This document shows positions 38,070-44,086 of a stretch of DNA of 44,086 bases, piece after piece. The notes under the pieces are model-generated. The model was not told the DNA's origin. It did no database searches and was given only the letters and a program-made list of their open reading frames with translations. Each line of letters starts with the position of its first letter. Positions within the stretch are counted from its first letter, which is position 1. Position numbers and translations under genes: made by a program. The DNA is from Spirochaetales bacterium (GTDB lineage Bacteria > Spirochaetota > Spirochaetia > DSM-27196 > SKKC01), in assembly GCA_007135605.1 (NCBI GenBank), contig SLIN01000043.1:1-44086 (forward strand), in the 5' to 3' direction.

Positions 38070-40147
38070 TGCGGCCCCGATTCCGGTGCGGTCAGTTAGC
38101 TGCTATCGGCGTTCCAATGATTATGCTCCTCTCGGCGTTACCCGTCCTGGTTTCGCTCGTACCGCAACAAGTGCACGCGCAGAGCGTCGACTTCGATGAG
38201 CTCGAGGCTGCCGAAGAGTTCGGGTGGGGCGTACGCGCGTTTCATCGGGGATACTTCCAGGATGCGATTCGAAGCTTCACTCGATCGCTCTCGCTCGATC
38301 CGGAAAACGAATTGACTCGCGAGTGGCTCGGCCGTGCGTACTTCCGGGCCGGTCTGGAGCAAGCAGCCATGAGCGAGTGGGGCGGCCTGCTGGATCGAAC
38401 GGCCGGGTCGCTCTACATCGAGCAGCTACTCGATCAGCTGACACAAACGCAGCTGGTTGATCCGGACGCCATGGCGACCGAGCCGTATGTGAACGCGCGT
38501 GAGATCGATGGTCGTCGCGGTGAGATCGACGTTTTTCGTAGACCGACGTCGATTCTCTCTCGAGACGACGGATCGCTGCTCGTAGTTTCGTTCGGAACGC
38601 ACGAAATCAGCGTCCTCGATGTGAATGGAGCACGAATCGGCCGGTGGCGCGGCGGTGCGATCGGGTTCGACGCTCCGTACGACATAGTGGAGAGCGGAGG
38701 CGACTATTTCGTTACCGAGTTCAGCGCGGACAGGATTTCACGGCTCGACCGGAACGGAAACAGGATCGCTACATTCGGAGAATCGGGACTCGGCAACGGT
38801 GAGTTGATCGGCCCGCAGTATATCGCTGCCGATGGTCACGGCTACCTCTACGTTAGCGACTGGGGTAACCGGAGGATCGTACGCTTCAACGAGGAGGGAG
38901 AGTATATCCACGCGTTCGGCGATCGGGCGCAGGGAGCGTTTCCCGGCTTACGGGAGCCGACCGGCGTTGCGTGGAGTAACGGTACCGTCTATGTAGCCGA
39001 TTCGGCTCACAATGCGCTCTTTGCCTTCGACGAGAGCGGTAACTACCTCGAAACGCTCGGCGAAGGGAGGGTCGACGGAGTCGAAGGAGTTTCGGTCTTC
39101 TCCGACCGCGAGCTGCTGCTCGGGCGGCGTGACCGGGTCGATCTGATCGATGTTGAGCGCGACACGATTCGCTCGATCAGTGAGCTCGACGGAGCGGGGC
39201 GCCGGGTAGTAAGCGCGATGCGTGAAGTGAATGGCGATATCGTTGCGGTCGATTTCGATGCCAACACACTCTACTACCTTACCGAGCGCCCTGCGCTCTA
39301 TACCGGATTGAGAACGCAGGTCGAGCGTATCGACAGCGATTCGTTTCCTACCGTCGTCGTAGATGTCCGCGTCGAGGACAGGAATGGAAATCCGATCGTC
39401 GGTCTGCGCGGCAACAATTTCGTTATCACCGAGGAGGGCGGTGCGGTTCACGATACGGCACTCATATATGCGGCCGACCGCGACACGAATCCCGCCGTGT
39501 CGCTGCTTGTCAGTCGGGAAACCTCGATTGAGGGTATGCGTTCCGAAGTTGAGCGTACGCTGAGAGGAGTGCATGAGTCGGTGAGCGAGGTCGGTGAAAT
39601 CGGGCTGATACTATCCGGCCGCCAACCGATTGTCGCGCAACCTCCGACCGCCGGGACAGCCAGGTTCGTAGAGGACGGAACGGCCGCGGGAGCGTATGAC
39701 GGTGAACATGAGTTCGATAGAGCCGTCAGGCTCGCTGCCGGCGAGCTCATGCGTGCGCGCGGTCGACGGAGCGTCACCTATCTCTCCGACGGCACGCTGC
39801 CCGACGACGCGTTCGACACATACGATCTCGTCGAGGTAGCTTCCTATATGCGAAATAACGGCATTCGCTTCGACCTGCTGCTGGTTGGCGGCGGTCAAGC
39901 CGACGATCGTCTCGAATACCTCGTGGATGCTACGAACGGAATGGTTGTACGCCCCGAGGGGCCTCGCGGTCTACTGCCGTACGAAGAAGCGGTAATCGCG
40001 CGGCCGAGCGGCCGTTACGTGTTGCGTTTTAGGACGCCTCGAGACGGCGACTTCGGTCGTCGATACCTTCCGTTGGAGGTCGAGGCGGCACTCGGCCGTC
40101 GCACCGGCCGGGCGGAAAGCGGATACTTCGCTCCCTTTGAGTTCTAA
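38069..40147 (+). CDS. Exported TPR + NHL beta-propeller + vWA-like protein (BB0236/TP0421-like)
   Basis: Hydrophobic N-terminus, TPR (WLGRAYFRAG), NHL repeats (GPQYIAADGHGYLYVSDWGNRRI), and FPTVVVDVRVEDRNGNPIVGL...NF..TE leading into a vWA-like region. Context matches spirochaete lnt/surE loci as I recall them. Confidence 0.75.
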   Translation: MRPRFRCGQLAAIGVPMIMLLSALPVLVSLVPQQVHAQSVDFDELEAAEEFGWGVRAFHRGYFQDAIRSFTRSLSLDPENELTREWLGRAYFRAGLEQAAMSEWGGLLDRTAGSLYIEQLLDQLTQTQLVDPDAMATEPYVNAREIDGRRGEIDVFRRPTSILSRDDGSLLVVSFGTHEISVLDVNGARIGRWRGGAIGFDAPYDIVESGGDYFVTEFSADRISRLDRNGNRIATFGESGLGNGELIGPQYIAADGHGYLYVSDWGNRRIVRFNEEGEYIHAFGDRAQGAFPGLREPTGVAWSNGTVYVADSAHNALFAFDESGNYLETLGEGRVDGVEGVSVFSDRELLLGRRDRVDLIDVERDTIRSISELDGAGRRVVSAMREVNGDIVAVDFDANTLYYLTERPALYTGLRTQVERIDSDSFPTVVVDVRVEDRNGNPIVGLRGNNFVITEEGGAVHDTALIYAADRDTNPAVSLLVSRETSIEGMRSEVERTLRGVHESVSEVGEIGLILSGRQPIVAQPPTAGTARFVEDGTAAGAYDGEHEFDRAVRLAAGELMRARGRRSVTYLSDGTLPDDAFDTYDLVEVASYMRNNGIRFDLLLVGGGQADDRLEYLVDATNGMVVRPEGPRGLLPYEEAVIARPSGRYVLRFRTPRDGDFGRRYLPLEVEAALGRRTGRAESGYFAPFEF

Positions 40148-40236
40148 ATTTATCCGGTACTTTTCGGACGGCACTCGAGGAGTGTATATTCAACGATATC
40201 GGTATAGCATAATCCCGCACTGGGGGAGTAGTCGTA

Positions 40237-40551
40237 ATGGCGAGTCGAGATCACTACGATGAGGGGCAACTTCAGGAGAAAAAGGATGAGAAGCTCAAGG
40301 CACCCGACATGTATCGGGTGGTTCTCCATAATGACGATTACACGACGCAGGAGTTCGTCGTCGAGGTTCTCGTCAAGGTGTTTCACAAGAGTGTAGTGGA
40401 TGCGACGAGGATCATGTTGAGTGTGCACCGTAACGGTATCGGGCAGGTCGGGGTTTTTACCTATGACATTGCCGCAACGAAGGTACGGCAGGTCCATCAG
40501 ATGGCGCGAGAGCGGGAGTTCCCGCTCAAGTGCACCATCGAGAAGGCATAG
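40237..40551 (+). CDS. clpS: ATP-dependent Clp protease adaptor ClpS
   Basis: YRVVLHNDDYTTQEFVV...MLSVHRNG...FPLKCTIE. Confidence 0.97.
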   Translation: MASRDHYDEGQLQEKKDEKLKAPDMYRVVLHNDDYTTQEFVVEVLVKVFHKSVVDATRIMLSVHRNGIGQVGVFTYDIAATKVRQVHQMAREREFPLKCTIEKA

Positions 40552-40581
40552 CAGCCGTGCTGTTCGGTGGAGTGTAAGCGA

Positions 40582-42936
40582 ATGAGAGTGAATCAGGAAG
40601 TTCAGGATGTCCTGAACGCCGCCTATCAAGAGGCGAAGCAGCGTAGCCACGAGTATCTTACGCCGGAGCATGTTCTGTATGCGGCGTTGCACTTCGAATA
40701 TCCGAGGGAAGTGCTCATCGAATGCGGAGCGGAGCCGGATGCGGTACGAAACGAGATCGACGAGCATCTGAAGACCCGTGTCCCGAGTGTCGACGATGTT
40801 GAGCCGACGCAGAGCGTCAGCTTTCATAACGTGATCGAGCGTGCGGTGTTTCATACTCAGAACGCCTCAAAGGACGAGGTAGATCTCGGCGACATTCTCG
40901 TCTCGATTTTTGATGAGGATGAGAGTTTCGGTAGCTACTTTCTGCGAAAATCCGGTATTTCGAGACTGAATCTTCTCGAGACGATCTCGCATGGGGTACA
41001 ACCCGACGATTTCGAGGACGGCGAGGTCGATGCCGAAGACGACGAGGAGGAGTCGACCGGCACCGGGCGGAAACGCAAGGACCCGCTCGAACAGTTTACC
41101 GATAATCTGACTCAACTCGCCGCCGACGGCAAGCTCGAACCGGTAATCGGGCGTGACGACATCATCGAGCGCACGGTACAGGTGCTTTGCCGCCGGCTGA
41201 AGAACAACCCTGTGCTTCTCGGCGATCCGGGAGTCGGCAAGACGGCGATCGCAGAGGGGCTCGCGCAGCGAATAGCCGACGAGAGCGTGCCGGCTCTCCT
41301 CAAGAGCTATACGATCTTCAGCCTCGATATGGGTCGAGTTCTCGCGGGTACCCGATATCGCGGCGATTTCGAGGAGCGCATGAAGCAGGTCATCAGCGCC
41401 CTCCAGAAACGTGAGAAAGTGATCCTCTTCATCGACGAGATTCACACCATCGTCGGCGCCGGTGCCGTGTCGGGCGGTGCAATGGACGCGAGCAATATGC
41501 TGAAGCCGGCCTTGAGCGCCGGAGATATTCGAGTAATCGGAAGTACCACCTACGAGGAATACAAGAAGTATTTCGAGAAAGATCGGGCGCTCAGTCGACG
41601 CTTTCAGAAAATCGAGGTCCCCGAGCCGAGTGAGGAGGACGCCTACCAGATACTCATGGGACTGCGATCGAAGTACGAGGATTACCACCATGTGCGTTAC
41701 AGCGATGACGCGTTGCATGCGGCGGTGAACCTGAGTGCGCTCTATATCACCGACCGTCATCTGCCGGATAAGGCGATCGACGTTATGGATGAAAGCGGTG
41801 CGTTTATGCGTATGAAGACATTCCGCGAAGGCGAGGAAGAGGGCGATCCGGTAACGATTCTCGAGGGTGATATCGAGAAGGTGGTTAGTAAGATCGCCAA
41901 GATACCTGAACGTACCGTGAACGCGAGTGAAGGGGCTCGCCTGCAGAATCTCGAGTCAGACTTGCAGAACGTGGTTTTCGGGCAGGACAGCGCAATTCGC
42001 CTCGTCGTGGACGCGGTGAAACGTTCGCGCGCCGGATTCCGTAAAGGCGATAAGCCGGTGGCGAGCTTTCTGTTCGTCGGACCGACCGGCGTGGGCAAGA
42101 CAGAGCTCGCACGGCAGCTGTCGGAGACTCTGGGTGTCGGAATGCATCGCTTCGATATGAGCGAGTTCCAGGAGAAACATACCGTCAGTCGCTTGCTCGG
42201 ATCTCCTCCGGGCTATATTGGCTATGAAGAAGGCGGCATGCTGACTGATGTCGTGCGCAAGACGCCCCACTGCGTGCTTCTCCTCGATGAGATCGAGAAG
42301 GCGCATCAGGACATATTCAATGTCCTCTTACAGGCCATGGACTACGCTACGATCACCGACAACACCGGCAGAAAGGCCGACTTCCGCAATGCGATAATTA
42401 TCATGACGAGCAATGCCGGCGCACGTGAGATCGGTAAACCGATGATCGGGTTCGGTCAGCGGTCGGTAACGAATCAGGCAATCGACGACGCGGTCGAGCG
42501 GATCTTCAGTCCGGAGTTCCGCAATCGGCTCGACAAAGTGGTCGTTTTCAATGCGCTCGGTCAGGATATAACCGAGAATATCGTGCTCAAAGAGATCAAC
42601 GAGTTCCGTGAGCAGCTTGCCGAAAAGCAGGTCACCCTCGAGCTTACCGACGAGGCGCTCAGCTGGCTTGCCGAACGGGGGTATAGCGAGGAGTTCGGCG
42701 CACGGAATATCTCCCGGCTGATCGAAGAGAAGATCAAGAGCTACTTCGTCGACGAGGTTCTTTTCGGCTCCCTCGCACGAGGCGGCACCGCGCGGGCGGA
42801 AGTCGTTGACGATGATGTGGTAGTACGGACCATCGAGTCCTCCGGCTCCGAGGCGAGGTCGTCGGGCGAGGACGAGAACGAGGGAGAGTCGTCGGAGCGG
42901 AAGGCGCCCGAAGACGAATCGGCAACTGTCGAGTGA
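40582..42936 (+). CDS. clpA: ATP-dependent Clp protease ATP-binding subunit ClpA
   Basis: Follows clp[10 protein letters not shown]-domain, two AAA modules ([16 protein letters not shown]), IGF loop, no ClpB middle domain. Confidence 0.95.
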   Translation: MRVNQEVQDVLNAAYQEAKQRSHEYLTPEHVLYAALHFEYPREVLIECGAEPDAVRNEIDEHLKTRVPSVDDVEPTQSVSFHNVIERAVFHTQNASKDEVDLGDILVSIFDEDESFGSYFLRKSGISRLNLLETISHGVQPDDFEDGEVDAEDDEEESTGTGRKRKDPLEQFTDNLTQLAADGKLEPVIGRDDIIERTVQVLCRRLKNNPVLLGDPGVGKTAIAEGLAQRIADESVPALLKSYTIFSLDMGRVLAGTRYRGDFEERMKQVISALQKREKVILFIDEIHTIVGAGAVSGGAMDASNMLKPALSAGDIRVIGSTTYEEYKKYFEKDRALSRRFQKIEVPEPSEEDAYQILMGLRSKYEDYHHVRYSDDALHAAVNLSALYITDRHLPDKAIDVMDESGAFMRMKTFREGEEEGDPVTILEGDIEKVVSKIAKIPERTVNASEGARLQNLESDLQNVVFGQDSAIRLVVDAVKRSRAGFRKGDKPVASFLFVGPTGVGKTELARQLSETLGVGMHRFDMSEFQEKHTVSRLLGSPPGYIGYEEGGMLTDVVRKTPHCVLLLDEIEKAHQDIFNVLLQAMDYATITDNTGRKADFRNAIIIMTSNAGAREIGKPMIGFGQRSVTNQAIDDAVERIFSPEFRNRLDKVVVFNALGQDITENIVLKEINEFREQLAEKQVTLELTDEALSWLAERGYSEEFGARNISRLIEEKIKSYFVDEVLFGSLARGGTARAEVVDDDVVVRTIESSGSEARSSGEDENEGESSERKAPEDESATVE

Positions 42937-42959
42937 TTGGCGGTCGGTAATGAGCGTTC

Positions 42960-43688
42960 GTGGCTGAAGACTACGATTTTCCGTGGCTCGACGAGCACGA
43001 CCGTTTTGCCTTCCCGCCGGTAGAGACCGCCTCGCCGGAGGGTATTGTCGGTGTCGGAGGGAATCTGAGCCCCGGCATGGTACTCAGTGGCTACCGGCAG
43101 GGAATCTTCCCATGGTATGCGCCGGGCGAACCGGTTCTGTGGTGGTCACCGGATCCTCGTGCGGTGATACTGCCCGATACGCTACACGTACCGAAATCGA
43201 TGCGGAGAATTCTCCGCCGGCGTGAGTTCACCCTGACGATCGACCGTGCGTTCGAGCGGGTGATCGTCGAGTGTGCAACCGCCGAGCGGGATCACGACGG
43301 CACCTGGATTACCGACGAGATGAACGACGCGTACGTAAGGCTGCACCGGCTGGGATATGCGCACTCGGTGGAGGTGTGGCACGGATCGGAGCTGGCGGGA
43401 GGACTGTACGGCATCGGGCTCGGAGCCGCGTTCTTCGGCGAAAGCATGTTCTCGCGTGTCTCGAACGCATCGAAGGCTGCATTCATCCCGTTCGCGCGGG
43501 CGATGTTTCGCGCCGGCGTGCGCTTTATCGACTCTCAGGTGTACACAGACCACATGGCGCGACTCGGTGCGGTGGAGATACCGCGCAGTCGCTTCGTTGC
43601 CCTTTTACACGAGGCTCTATCCGTGCCCGACCCGAAAGGAGCGTGGACCGCACGCGAATCGTTGCTCGAGGAGGCGGCGAAGCCGTAG
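42960..43688 (+). CDS. aat: Leucyl/phenylalanyl-tRNA--protein transferase
   Basis: GYRQGIFPW, WWSPDPR, GTWI, AHSVEVW, FFGESMFS, NASK. Confidence 0.96.
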   Translation: MAEDYDFPWLDEHDRFAFPPVETASPEGIVGVGGNLSPGMVLSGYRQGIFPWYAPGEPVLWWSPDPRAVILPDTLHVPKSMRRILRRREFTLTIDRAFERVIVECATAERDHDGTWITDEMNDAYVRLHRLGYAHSVEVWHGSELAGGLYGIGLGAAFFGESMFSRVSNASKAAFIPFARAMFRAGVRFIDSQVYTDHMARLGAVEIPRSRFVALLHEALSVPDPKGAWTARESLLEEAAKP

Positions 43689-43805
43689 CGTCTCGGCATT
43701 CGATGGCCGATCGCCGGAGAGTTCCCGGCCGCGGTCGTACCGCGTTGGAGACGTGTCGCTTCCGGGACGGGTAGTGTAGGTCCGGATCGCCCCGTGCTTT
43801 CCGAG

Positions 43806-44086
43806 TCAGTACTCGAATGCACTGTCGCCGATGAATTCACGAAGAATGCTCTGATCGGGTACCTCGCTCGAAGGAATCGGCGTGAAGTTGTCGAGAAAGT
43901 GCATTAGTCGGATCGCCTCGTGATACACTGAATCGTACGGTTTCACCTCGCGCAACAGCGGTTCTGCATACGGTTTGAGCACTCCGAGCTCATAATCGAG
44001 TGCAGAATTGAACGCGACGTTCGCCTTGCTCTGATACGGGAATATGTTTCGATCTTCGCCGCGTCGAACGCTCGGCCACATCTCGA
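43806..44086 (-). CDS. Nucleoside (uridine) kinase family protein, C-terminal fragment (starts beyond window)
   Basis: WPSVRRGEDRNIFPYQ...FNSALDYELGVLKPYAEPLL...SILREFIG. Confidence 0.8.
   Translation of the reverse strand, partial: EMWPSVRRGEDRNIFPYQSKANVAFNSALDYELGVLKPYAEPLLREVKPYDSVYHEAIRLMHFLDNFTPIPSSEVPDQSILREFIGDSAFEY

Noticed and set aside
40171-40185. CIRCE-like GCACTC-GAG-GAGTGT upstream of clpS
   Set aside because: The spacer is 3 nt rather than 9 and the outer TTA/TAA arms are missing.
1-44086. CRISPR arrays, tRNA/rRNA genes, prophage, transposase or defence genes
   Set aside because: No repeat-spacer pattern or diagnostic motifs were seen, and nearly all the sequence is explained by housekeeping genes.

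Overview
GC-rich chromosomal core region from a spirochaete, probably a free-living Spirochaetia. The assignment rests on the SpiroCoCo coiled-coil gene, the rpsT-HU-lnt and bactofilin-rho-rpmE order, and the lnt/galK-like/surE/TPR/TPR-NHL block. In order it holds: the 5' end of an rnfC-like gene (missed by the ORF track); rplU-prp-rpmA-obgE-nadD-LCP-rsfS; a tiny ultra-acidic ORF; a HAD hydrolase; SpiroCoCo; grpE-dnaK-dnaJ; a secreted DxDxDG-repeat protein; an rlmB-like methyltransferase; purF-purM-purN-purD; tatD; M23-bactofilin-yaaR; a heterodimeric ABC exporter; an acyltransferase; rpsT-HU-lnt; a response regulator, TPR mini-protein and second bactofilin; rho-rpmE; a second lnt; galK-like-surE-TPR-TPR/NHL; clpS-clpA-aat; and the 3' end of a nucleoside kinase. 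I saw no rRNA, tRNA, CRISPR, prophage or transposase. The best leads are: a 129-bp MITE-like element with bipartite terminal inverted repeats, plus a related palindrome 17.6 kb away; a 54%-acidic 98-aa protein with its own promoter; a REC/pseudo-HisKA, free-standing cyclase-tail TPR and bactofilin operon; several apparent pseudo-enzymes (M23, LCP, GalK-like); Prp beside an L27 that has no pro-peptide; and a Rho with a long disordered N-terminus and a long leader. All family calls come from motif recognition by eye, not database searches.
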